A stretch of DNA of 38,494 bases. It comes from Malassezia furfur. Taxonomy: Eukaryota. The stretch is from the NCBI GenBank assembly GCA_052055015.1, contig JBQJIT010000060.1, one strand, 5' to 3'. Shown in pieces: positions 28,320-38,494 of the stretch; position 1 is the first letter of the stretch; the number at the start of each line of letters is the position of its first letter. The translations under genes and the position numbers were made by a program. The notes below the pieces were generated by a model, which worked only from the letters and a program-made list of their open reading frames with translations, had not been told where the DNA came from and made no database searches.

Positions 28320-30002
28320 ATGGCCGACAGTGTCACGGCCGCCGGCTGGACGGAGGTGACGCCGCATCTTAACGCGCTCGGCCTGCGCATCTGCGACACA
28401 CCCACGGCAGGCCGTGGTGTTGTGGCATCGCATTCAATTGCCCGTGATGTCGTGGTGGAGATTAGCCCCGTGCTCTTGTTCCGCGCCGAAGAATACCAAG
28501 CGCACGGACGACATACGCAGCTCGACTCGTATACGTTCGTTTGGGAAAAACGCGCGAACGGAAGTACCATGGCGCTTGCATTAGGCCTTGGCTCGCTTTT
28601 TAATCACTCACCGCATGCCAATGTATCCTACCAGCTCAATCGTGCGGCCCAGTGCATCCAGTTCCGTACGGTGCGTGACATCGCCGCGGGCGAGGAGCTT
28701 TGTATCTGCTACGGCGCCGGAAAAATGTGGTGGGAGACCGAAGATATGCCCACGACTCCGCCTGCGACCGAGAGAGACGAATGCACGCTATTTGGCCAGA
28801 TGGACCTAGCCGATGCGGACGATACAGGCTCCTCCGATACCCTCCCAGCCCCTACGTATGCGCGCGCGCCGGTCGACACCGACGCTCCGCTCTGGCGCAT
28901 CACCGCGTCCCCCGACCCACGCACGATGCCGCTCGAAACCATGCTCGCTTGGGCCTTGGATGCAGAGCCGCGCAACTGTGCGTCGGTTGCTCGCGTGCTC
29001 CAGGGCCTCACCAAGGACAGGGTCGTGCACAGTGGTACACAGCTGCGACACCTGCGCACGTTCCGCAAGGCGCGCGAAGTTACGCGTGTTGATACCGATG
29101 GGAATACACTTCCAGGGAATAACGACACCGACCGCCTTGCGGTGCTCGTCGCTGCGTATGGCCCACAATCGCGCGACGAGCTCGTCGCGCTGCTGGCGCC
29201 CGCGCTTGGTGATCTCGCCGTGCCCGAGCTGTATCTCGTGCTTGTGCCCGTGTGTGCCGCGCCAAGTCGTGCACGTCTCGCCGAGTGGGCGTCGGTCTGG
29301 CCATGTATTTTCTTGCCGCCCGGCGCCGGGCTCGCGACGGGGAATGCCTTGCCAGGAAGCGACGCGGCGCGTGCAGCGACGCTCGTAGACCGCGCACAGG
29401 ACGCAGCGCACTGGCAAGCGCCATACGCGACGGACTGGATCCGCGCAGGCCTTGCGCGGTGCCTCAAAACGGCGCTTGCGGCACATGCTGCCGGCGAGAT
29501 TGGGTGCGCTGCGTTCGTGACAGAGGCGCCCGATGCCCAAGGGCAGGTGGCGATTGCGCTCGATGCACACGACACACGCACACGCGACGCACACCCTTTG
29601 CGCCATGCGGTGCCGAATGCGGTGCGTGCTGTAGCCGAGTGGCGGGCGACACGGCGGACGGCACCGGTGGAAGGCGTCGCGGCGAACGGGCAGGACTACC
29701 TACTGACCGGCCTGTCGCTCTTTTTGACGCACGAGCCGTGCGTGTACTGCGCCATGGCGCTGATCCATTCACGCGTGCAGACCGTCTATTTTCTGTTCCC
29801 CGCTCCCCGCTCGGGCGGCTTTTGCGGTGCGCATGCCGGGCCCAACGGCCGCGCCGCGTGTCTTGGCGGCGAGGACGGAGGGCCGTATGCAATTCACGAG
29901 CAAAGTGGTTTGAACCACCGCTACGACGTGTGGCGGTGGGTGGACCCTAACGCGTTCCCAGAAGCCCAAGGACTCACTAGTGCGGTTGCGCTCGACTTAT
30001 AG
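28320..30002 (+). CDS. TAD3: SET-domain / tRNA-specific adenosine-34 deaminase subunit Tad3 (ADAT3) fusion protein, 560 aa
   Basis: SET motifs GRGVVA, SLFNHS, RDIAAGEELCICYG. Tad3 motifs LRHLRTFRK, WASVWP, HPLRHAV (pseudo-active HAV), YLLTG...THEPCVYCAMALIHSR and LNHRYDVW. One uninterrupted ORF. Confidence 0.88.
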   Translation: MADSVTAAGWTEVTPHLNALGLRICDTPTAGRGVVASHSIARDVVVEISPVLLFRAEEYQAHGRHTQLDSYTFVWEKRANGSTMALALGLGSLFNHSPHANVSYQLNRAAQCIQFRTVRDIAAGEELCICYGAGKMWWETEDMPTTPPATERDECTLFGQMDLADADDTGSSDTLPAPTYARAPVDTDAPLWRITASPDPRTMPLETMLAWALDAEPRNCASVARVLQGLTKDRVVHSGTQLRHLRTFRKAREVTRVDTDGNTLPGNNDTDRLAVLVAAYGPQSRDELVALLAPALGDLAVPELYLVLVPVCAAPSRARLAEWASVWPCIFLPPGAGLATGNALPGSDAARAATLVDRAQDAAHWQAPYATDWIRAGLARCLKTALAAHAAGEIGCAAFVTEAPDAQGQVAIALDAHDTRTRDAHPLRHAVPNAVRAVAEWRATRRTAPVEGVAANGQDYLLTGLSLFLTHEPCVYCAMALIHSRVQTVYFLFPAPRSGGFCGAHAGPNGRAACLGGEDGGPYAIHEQSGLNHRYDVWRWVDPNAFPEAQGLTSAVALDL

Positions 30003-30007
30003 TTGGA

Positions 30008-33000
30008 CTATGCCTCTTCGGCCTCGTAATCTTCGTCGTCATCCTCCTCGTAGTCGTCCTCCTCGTCCTCGTCTTCGCCGTAGTCGTCAAACTCGTCGTC
30101 ATCCTCGTAGCCGTCGCTCTCCTCTTGCTCGACGTACTGCTCAAGCGTCAGATCCTGCGGCGGCGATACGGGGCGCGGCGGGACGAGCCCCTCGAACGTG
30201 GTATATGTAGGCCCCGACGACGCGTGGGTGGCGGGGACCGCCGCGCTGCCGTGCGCCGGCACATGTGCCACCGTGCACGCTTGGGGTGTCGGTGCACGCA
30301 CACCGTCCGGTGTCTTGGTAGCCAAAAAGTCGGGGCGCATCGGCTTCGGTCCGGGGTCAGCAGGCGCCGCGGTGGGTGCAGCAGGCGCCAGTGCCGGCGG
30401 CGGCGGCGTCGCCTCGCGCAATGGCGCCCGATGCAGCACGACTGGTGCATCAATCCCTTCGGCGCGCATGTTCGATGCTGTGGCCTCGGTAACGACCGGC
30501 GTCGTGCGCACCTGCAGTACCGTGTCCATCGCGGCCACATGCGCGGCCCATTCCGCCTCGCTGTCGGCCTCGGTGGCTTCCGGCAGCGTCGTGTGCAGGT
30601 CGTGGAGCGAGTCGAGTGCGGTGCTTGTCTTACGTGGCGTGGTCATGCGGCTCTCGTCACTCAGCGGCGCGGGCGTCGCAGCATCTGGTCGCAGCTCCTT
30701 GAGTTCTGCCCCGAGTCGGTCGAGCTCGGCGAGGCGCCGTGCGGCGAGAGTACTGATGTGCTCTGCTGAACGGTACACCGAGTCGAGCGAGGGCGGACGC
30801 AGCGACGAGCGCCCCGACTTGTCGTTGGCAACCGTCGTCTTTATGGTATGCAGGTAATCTTCGAGCTCCTGCATCCGCTCGCGTACCATGTGCGTTGTTC
30901 GCCGGAGTCGCTGCTGGTTTTCCATATGCTCCGGGCCTAGGTGGCGCACATGCACCAGTTTCGCGAACGATGGGTCTTTGCGGGCGCGGAGGAAGCGTGC
31001 GGCCTCGTCGCGCTTGATTTCCGCCTTGAGCTGCACACTCTGGATACTAGCGACGCGCTGCTGGCTTTCGGCCACCGCCCGCTCCGTGTCCACAATGCTC
31101 GTCTGCAGCGCATGGGCCACCGACGCCAACGAAGGCAGGTCGCCAAATGTCCACGAAGCAGGGTCCTGCAGGTCGTCGACATGCTTCTCACTGCCGCACT
31201 GCTGCACCTCGTCGACAAAGCGACCCAGCTCGTTGGCACGCTCGTGCAGCGCCCTGAGCTCCGCGTTCACGCTCAGGTACACCTTAACGAACTCGCGCTG
31301 CAGCTCGCCGTTTTCACCCGACACATCGGGTGTCGGCACGGAGGGTAGGTGTACCTTGGGCACCCGCACGTCGCGGAGCGGTGTGCCTTGCGCACGAGCC
31401 GGTGCTGTGGGTGCTGCCGTCTTGCCAGGCGCTGCAGCAGCACTTGTCGTTTTCCACGCAGGTGCCGAGGCAGCCGGCACAGCGTCGGTCGGCTTGCCGA
31501 ACGAGAAGGCCGGACCGCCCTGCTTCGTATCGGCCGTGGGTGCATCGACGCTGCTCGACCTGGCAGACGAAGAGGAGTGGGGCGTCGGCGCCGCATCAGT
31601 CTTGGGCTTGGTCTCCTGAGCAGGCGTTTTATCCGCCGGCTTTGACGCAAAGAACGGGGCTTTGGATTCTTGTGCATCGGCCGGCTTTGCGAACGAGAAA
31701 CTCGGCGTGGCCTTGGGCGTGGTGCTCTCTGGATTAACAAACGAGAACGCACCAGCCGGCTTCTCGTTGCCGCCCTTGTCGTCCGTCTTGGCGAGCGAAA
31801 AAGCCGGCTTCGTCGGCGTCTCGGGCTTGGCAAACGAAAAGGCCGAGTTGGGCTTTGGCGCATCGTCACTCTTGGCAAAAGAGAACGCAGGTGCCGCACC
31901 ACCTGCCTTCTCTCCGCGGTTCGACTGCGCAAATAAGAAGGCCGACGCCTGCTTCGCTGCACCGCCGTCGTGCGGTGCAGCAAACGAGAAACCCGAGGTC
32001 GGCTTGGACGCATGCGTCGTAGGCGCCTTGACCGGTGTTGTACTTGCCCCTGAGGAAGTCTCATTGGGCTTGGCCTCTTCCGTCGGGGTCAAGGGGCTTT
32101 CTTGCTGGGCAACCGCTTCGGGCTGCACGTTTTCGAAACGATCGTCCGAAGCGCCTGCCTCCAACTTGGCGACCATTTCTTTCTGACCCTCGGACTCCTT
32201 GGCGGGCTCGGAAACCACCTCGACCTTGCTGACTTCTGTCGACTTGGGCGCATAACCAAGCTCCCTTTGATCTTTGGGTTGGTCGTTAGACGAGTTTTTT
32301 GCCGACATATCCGTCACAGGCTCCTTAGCATCGCCTTGTGGCATCGCCTTGGTAGCCGCCTCGTCCGACTTGGGCTTGGCAAACGAGAACGGCGATGCTT
32401 TGGAATCACCCGGCTTGGCAAACGAAGAGAAGGCAGTTGGCTTACTGTCGCCCCCTTTCTCTTGTGGCTTAGCAAAAGAGAACGGAGAAGACTCTTTCTT
32501 GTCCTCAGACTTGGCAAAGGAGAAGGAGGGTGCGCCTGGTTTCACATCTTCCTTCTTGTCCTCGGACCTGGCAAACGAGAAGACAGGTGCACTGGGTTTG
32601 GTATCTTCCTTTTTATCCTCCGGTTTGGCGAAGGAGAAGGCCTGCTTGCTTGACTTGCCGCCCTCCTTTTCCTCAGGCCTAGCGAAAGAGAAAGCAGGCG
32701 TGCTTGGCTTGGTGTCTTCCTTCTTGTCCTCAGGCTTGGCAAAGGAAAAGGCTGCCGCGCTGGATTTGTTCTCCTCCTTCTTGTCCTCGGACTTGGCAAA
32801 AAAGGTAGGCGCACTTGATTTGGCATCCTCCTTCTTATCCTCGGTCTTGTTGGCAAAGGAGAAGGTAGGGGTGCTTGGCTTGGCCTCCTCCTTTTTGTCA
32901 TCCGACTTTGCAAAGGAGAAGGCGGGTTTGCTTAGCTTGCCTTCTTCCTTCTCATCCGACCTGACGAAGGAGGTGCTAGGCGTATTTGGCTTACCATCCT

Positions 33001-35942
33001 CCTTCTCCGGCTTTGTAAACGAGAAGGCAGGGGTGCTTGGCTTGCCCTCCTTTTTGTCTTCGGGCTTTGCAAACGAGAAGGCAGGAGTGCTTGACTTGCC
33101 CTCCTCCTTCTTGTCTTCGGGCTTTGCAAACGAAAAGGCAGGGGTGCTTGGCTTATCATCCTCCTTCTCCGGCTTGGCAAACGAAAAGCTGGGAGGGTCG
33201 CCAATCTCCTTCTTCCCGTCAGGCTTTGCGAATGAAAACGGAGACTTCTTTGCCTCATCATTCCCTTGCGATGCCGTTTCGTTCGGTTTGGCAAAGGAAA
33301 ATGGTGTCGTAGGCTTAGCATCGTTACTCTCTTTTTGCTCGGCCTCAGGTTTGGCAAACGAAAATGCAGATGCATCCTTGGGCTTCTCCTGATCAGGCTT
33401 CGTCATCGGCGGGGACGGAGCCCCGTGCTGCTGAGTTTCCTTGGCGGGACTCGCGTCTTGTGCCGATGCAGTACCCTTGGAGGCTGAGCTGCTGGCATCA
33501 TCGCTTGTAGGCGTTGTGTTCTCTTTCTGTTGGCCAAACGAAAAGGTGGGTGTTTCTGCCGGTTTGTTGTTTTCACCCTGCTTGGTCTCTGGCTTGGCAA
33601 AGGAGAACGCCGACGCACTTCCACCAGTGCTTTCCGGCTTGGTAAACGAGAACGGTGACGATTTCGACGGTTCAGTCTGAGTCTCGTCCTTCTTCTGGCC
33701 GAACGAAAAGCCTGCAGAAGGTGCATTTGCCGAAGCGGCAAAGCCAAATGTAGCCGATTGCTTCTCCTTGTTCGCATCTGCCTCCTTCTTTGCCGTGGAG
33801 CCCATCAGATCACCCATCGAGCCAAATGAGAAGGCACCCTGACTTGCATTATCCAGTGGCTCAGCATCCATGCTCGATTCTTCCCCAGCCGTCTCCTTCT
33901 TCGGGGCGGGTTTGACACCCTCAAAAGCTGGCTTTCCTTTGTCTAGCGACTCGCCCGATCCAAACACCGAGGCGCCGTTGGTGTTGCTCACTGCACCAAA
34001 CCCAGTAGGTTTGCCTGCCATGGCACTAAATGCCGAGCCAGAAGCGGGCGCGGCTGCCGTTTTTCCGAACGCCGGCGCCGAGCCAAACCCGGAGGGCTGT
34101 CCAAATGCCGTGCTGGATGCTGTGCTTCCAAATGCCGATGGCACAGCTGCCTGTGACCCAAACGCCGAAGACTGCCCAAACGCGGGTTTTCCAAACGCCG
34201 AAGGCGTTGAAGTGCTTCCAAATGCCGGCGTACTCGATCCACTCCCAAACGCTGACGGCGTAGCTGTGCTGCCAAACGCGTTTGCTGGCTTCAATCCGCT
34301 GTTTGCGCTCCCAAACGCTGATGCACCACCGCCAAAGGCGCTGAAGCCGCCCGTCGAGGATGTCGAAGTCGATGCGTTCCCAAATGCCGAGGCACCAAAG
34401 CCCGAGGTTGAGCCAAACGCCGGCTTGGACGCTCCAAATGCGGATGGGGCACCAAACGCTGGCGTGCTGCTGGGCTGAGATACGCTCCCAAAGGCCGGCT
34501 TGGATGACGATGCTGGGGCGCCAAACGCCGGTGTAGCCGGTGCAGCCTGGGGCACAGCCGTTGAAGGCTGACTGGCAGGGGTGGAGTCGGAGGACGAAGG
34601 ACCTGTGCCGGGGGTCACCATGCCAGGGTATGGTTCCGAGGTATCTGTATTGATCACATGGTAGGCGAGCAAGACGCCATCATTGGTGTATACGAGGAGA
34701 ATGGGCATGGCTGGCAGCTTGGTCGAGGTGTCCTCACCCTTTGCCGCCGCGTTGGGGTCATCAACGGGATCGCTGGCCGTCAGATCAAATTCGAGGCCGA
34801 TCGGTGCCGTGTCTGAGGCATCGTCCGTCGACGAAAATGGCAAGGCGGGACGCGAGGTGTCCTCCAGTTCTAGCGCATTCCATGCGCTTGGCCCAGAGGC
34901 GTCCGCCTTGCAATCCAGCACGCCGACATCAGTGCTGGGTGTATTGGCCATAAACACGAGGTGCTTTTCCCGGTCCCACGCACGCAATGCGGCGATGTAG
35001 CGCCGGCCTGCTCGTCCGACATCGCCAAAAGGTGGTGCCACGTCGAGAGGAAATGCAGCATAGGTACAAGACTGCGACTTTGGGTCGCGCAGCACGACAA
35101 AAACATCGTATTCATGCACCATCTCCTCGGACACCGTGTTGTAGGTGACGATGAAGACGTGGTTTTCCAGCCAACGCACGTCCTCCACGAGAAGAGGGCG
35201 ATCTGCATCTGGCGGTGGTGCAAGTCGCGCTTTGACCTCACCCTCCGTGGTGCATTGGACAAGTTCGCCAGTGCGAAGGCCCAAGACGAGCTGCTTGCCT
35301 TTGGTCGACCACGCCGCGGAGGTCACGCCCGACTCGGGCAGGGACGCGACCCAGCTACCCGACCGCATGTCCAATAGGTGACACGTTCCCCCGGACGCAG
35401 CCGCAGGGGCCGCAGCATAGAGGGCCACGCACAACTCACTGCGGTCACCAGGGTTCGGAATGACGCCAACCAGATGCGCGCCGGCTGTAGGCGGTGCGGC
35501 GCGCCCGACAGGTCCATTCCCAGAGGAATCATACATAAGGATACTGCCGTCCGTCAGTCCACAGACGAGGCGTGTCTCCTGGTCGGCAAACGCGAGGAAC
35601 TGCACAGCGGCATATTCATGCGTCGACACCGACTTGAGGGGCTGAGCACGCGGCGTCGCACTGCGCTCTGCCCCTAGAAACGTTTTTCGCAGCGCTTGAA
35701 AAGCGTGTATGTCGAATCCTGAGTAAGCTGGGTCGTTGACGCACCGTCACGCGTAGTCACCGCCGCGATGCCAAGGTGGTTTGCGACGCTGAGCGCCAGG
35801 AACGGACGCGTCGCGTCGAGATCGAGCGGCTCAGAAAGACGCACATTGACGTCTTTCGCCAGCTGCCGTAGGACGAGATACTGGATGAGCGCGCTTCACG
35901 TACCGGCGCGGCGGCTTCGCCGGCCTCCGCACGAGACGCCAT
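30008..35942 (-). CDS. NUP159: FG nucleoporin Nup159/Nup146/NUP214 (beta-propeller, FG repeats, FSF repeats, coiled coil)
   Basis: ATG 35942, introns 35881-35903 (23) and 35719-35744 (26), then the long ORF. Propeller motif WSTKGKQLVLG, many SAFG/PAFG repeats, and a C-terminal coiled coil with HLGPEHMENQQRLR. Confidence 0.88.
32370..33370 (-). repeat. Degenerate coding tandem repeat (about 57-60 nt unit) encoding xxFSFAK(P/S)EDKKE
   Basis: Repeated (g/c)gcttggcaaa(c/g)gagaaggcagg...cttcttgtc units within NUP159. Confidence 0.85.
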
Positions 35943-35986
35943 GGCAGGTGTCGATGAGGCACGCGGGCGACGCTGACTAAACAAAA

Positions 35987-36983
35987 CTACGTCTGCTCGA
36001 GCTCAGTGAGACTGTGCGGGCGTTCGCGCATCCACTGCATGCGCGGCCCGCTGATCGCAAACTCGCTTACGCGGAACCCGTAGATCCGCGGGGTGTAGAT
36101 TCCCGTATGCGGAATTTTGCGGCCTAGCCGTGCGGGCGTCAGGGCCCCGGCACTTGGCGCCTCCGCCGCCTGCTCGGTGCGCGCCTGCTCTTGCTGCTCG
36201 CCCGACAGAGACGTGGAAGGCGCAGCCACAATCGACGGCGCAAGGTCACGGTAACATTGTAGTAAGAGATGTGGGAATGTGGTGCCAAAAAATGCGCCTG
36301 TGTCAATGGTGGGCACGCACCATCAATTCCGTGGAACCGGCTGCTGGGCGGAATGTAGGTATCGAGGCAGTTCGGGCAGTACAACTTCACCGTATCGAGG
36401 CCTGGGAGATCAGATCGCCCGCATGGGAGAACAAGCTGGGAATTGCAGAATACGCGTGGGCAAACGCCGAAATGGCCCTCTTCGTACTTGTCGACCTGCG
36501 CGTGAGCCTTGGGCCACCTACCATCTGCTGCATTCCCTGCCGCGTGAGGATATACCGCTGGTGAATCAGCCCGTACAAAAGCTCTGCCGACGACTCGACA
36601 ATCGACACGTCGGGGATTTTAAGCGAGTCTTCTTGCGGCTCGATGTCGAGGATCATCTCGAGCGCCTCCTTGTAGAACGGTACGAGGAAGTTTAGCCCTG
36701 TGAGGTTGAAATCGTCCTCGATGAAGTCTTCGGCAACCTCAGCGAAGTACTGGTGGCCCGCAAGCGAGCAGAACCACGAGATCCACGTCAGTCCTTCGGT
36801 TCCGCTTTCGGAGGGCGTTTCACTTTCTGGGTGAGTGATACACGCACCATAAATCTCCTCGTCTTCACCGAGGTCGCTCACAGTATCCATGTTCTGCGGA
36901 TCGCTCATATTCGACACATGCATCGCACGTTCCTGCGCTGCGATGGCGCCGTTCGCATGAGCGTCGCCGGCCCCGGACGCCAT
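35987..36983 (-). CDS. CKB1: Casein kinase II regulatory beta subunit
   Basis: WISWFCSLAGHQYFAEV..DFIEDDFNLTGL, LYGLIHQRYI, VKLYCPNC.D.Y, DGAFFGTTFPH and YTPRIYGF. Introns 36827-36847 (21), 36496-36521 (26) and 36298-36320 (23). Confidence 0.93.
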
Positions 36984-37103
36984 GTCGTCGTAGCAGCGCG
37001 TGCAGTGTCGGCCGAATTATCGGGGGTCATCAGATCCCTACTCTACAAGGCGGGGGAGGCCCACGCACGGCCACCTGTGGACGCGGTCGATGGCAGGCCC
37101 TCG

Positions 37104-38494
37104 CTACGGAGGATGCGCCGAGCTCTGCGCATCTGGATTGAGATGCAAGTGAGGCACGCTCGTGCCTGGGCTCATGGCGCCTGATAATGGGGATGGTGCC
37201 GTGTTTTTTCGCATCGGGAACGAGCCCGGAGACGAGAGGTTGCGCATCCCCAGCGGCGGCGAGTATGCTGGGGCGCTGCGGACCTGCGGTGCACCACTGG
37301 GCGGTGGCGTGCCAGTTGGCGCGGTTGTCGAGGTTGCGGGCGGCCATGCAGGGCGCGCGAGCGGAGTGTTTGGGTGCGCATAGGGTGCGTCGCTACCCAT
37401 GGACGACGCCGTGGGGGCACTAAGCGGTCCAGGCGCCGTGCCAGGCAGGGCACTGGGCGGCACTGCGGGACCGGGCACATGAGATGGTGCCGCCATGGAC
37501 GATGCGCCAGGCAGCGCACCCGCGAAGGACAGCGGCGCTGGCTGCGTCGGCATCGCTGGCACGGCAGCGGGCAGAGGTGCATCGTGGGCATCGACGTCGG
37601 CCTTCACCGGCGTAGGTGCGGCATCCAGTGAAGTGGGCGGCTGCGGCAATGATGCTTCTGCCTGAGCGGCACAGGCGCTGCACACAAAGTCGACCTTTTC
37701 CCAATCGCGCGGCGCGCGTCCCGCGTTACGGTCGCGACGGTCCCAACACTCGGTATGCTGCCAGACACCGCACCGCTCGCATGCGACAACACTGTCGTCG
37801 CCTGGCGGATTGTGTGCATCCATGCCACACACCTCGCAGCGCAGGTGCCAGTCGGTATCGGATGGCGGCTCCATGGCGGGCTTTTCGGTATCTTGGGTGC
37901 CTCCGGCCATGGGCGTGTGGCTGCGCGAGCGCTCTTGAAAGCGCCGCTCCCGTGCCAGGATACGTTCCTCGCGGTCGCGGAGACGGTCCTCGCGGCTGCG
38001 CCTCGCGAGGCGCTCGGCCTCTTCGCGCGCGAGGCGCTCGCGCTCGGCAGCAAGGGCGGCGGCGGCGGCCTCGCGTGCGGCGAGCGCTTCGTTCAGCTCG
38101 CGCTCGCGCTCCTCACGCTCGCTCTCCTTCATGGCGATGCGCGAGCTGCGCTTGCGGTGCTGCATTGCCTCCTCGAGCGCCTGGCGACGCTGCTCGGCGA
38201 GCATGACCTCTTCGACGCGCGGATAGACTTCTTTGGCCAGGTAGTTGTACAAGCTGCGCTCGTCGGGATGCTTCGACGTAGCGAAGCGCTCGAGGAAGCG
38301 CTGCCAGTCCTCGAGTGAGATGCACAGTGTCTCGAACTCGACGAACGAGCCGTCCTCCTGCTCGTCCTCAGACGGGGGATTTGACAGCTCCGAGCCGCTG
38401 TCAAACACATCCTCAGGGCGCAATATCTCAGGGGGAACCTCTTCCCACTCCGAGTCGCGGCTCAGGCGCGACGAGCGGCGACCGCCGCGGCGCG
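37104..38494 (-). CDS. Partial PHD-finger chromatin protein (WHIM/ISWI-partner-like), 5' end outside window
   Basis: Frame open from the right edge (RRGGRRSSRLSRDSEWEEVPPE...). Contains FETLCISLEDWQRF...HPDERSLY, RKRSSRIA, a coiled coil and a PHD (CEVC...CERCGVWQHTEC...FVCSAC). Confidence 0.82.
   Translation of the reverse strand, partial: RRGGRRSSRLSRDSEWEEVPPEILRPEDVFDSGSELSNPPSEDEQEDGSFVEFETLCISLEDWQRFLERFATSKHPDERSLYNYLAKEVYPRVEEVMLAEQRRQALEEAMQHRKRSSRIAMKESEREERERELNEALAAREAAAAALAAERERLAREEAERLARRSREDRLRDREERILARERRFQERSRSHTPMAGGTQDTEKPAMEPPSDTDWHLRCEVCGMDAHNPPGDDSVVACERCGVWQHTECWDRRDRNAGRAPRDWEKVDFVCSACAAQAEASLPQPPTSLDAAPTPVKADVDAHDAPLPAAVPAMPTQPAPLSFAGALPGASSMAAPSHVPGPAVPPSALPGTAPGPLSAPTASSMGSDAPYAHPNTPLARPAWPPATSTTAPTGTPPPSGAPQVRSAPAYSPPLGMRNLSSPGSFPMRKNTAPSPLSGAMSPGTSVPHLHLNPDAQSSAHPP

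Overview
A GC-rich, very compact fungal (eukaryotic) segment. Gene content, density and tiny introns point to a Malassezia-like basidiomycete yeast (inference). I can support about 19 protein-coding genes: a partial unknown gene, a Cys-motif/HD-nucleotidase fusion, a WKF-domain protein, PRP24/SART3, a vWA protein, CUL1, ARV1, PHO88, ARC40, SAS10, FCF2, EPL1, TOM22, an unknown coiled-coil protein, NHA1, a small mitochondrial-type protein, a SET-TAD3 fusion, NUP159, CKB1 and a partial PHD-finger gene. There is also a tandem array of four intron-containing tRNA-Thr genes. Highlights: (1) 32 of 33 hand-reconstructed spliceosomal introns are only 20-33 nt (median 23), including a 20-nt intron and a 7-nt microexon at the vWA MIDAS motif. 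(2) The one long intron (109 nt, EPL1) is largely folded into a hairpin. (3) A SET domain is fused to the tRNA A34 deaminase subunit Tad3, about 3 kb from its tRNA-Thr(AGT) substrates. (4) The tRNA-Thr(CGT) and (AGT) genes have identical exons except the wobble base and show mosaic ancestry. (5) An unexplained hairpin-rich element between FCF2 and EPL1 is a candidate ncRNA. All gene models were built by eye; no searches were run.
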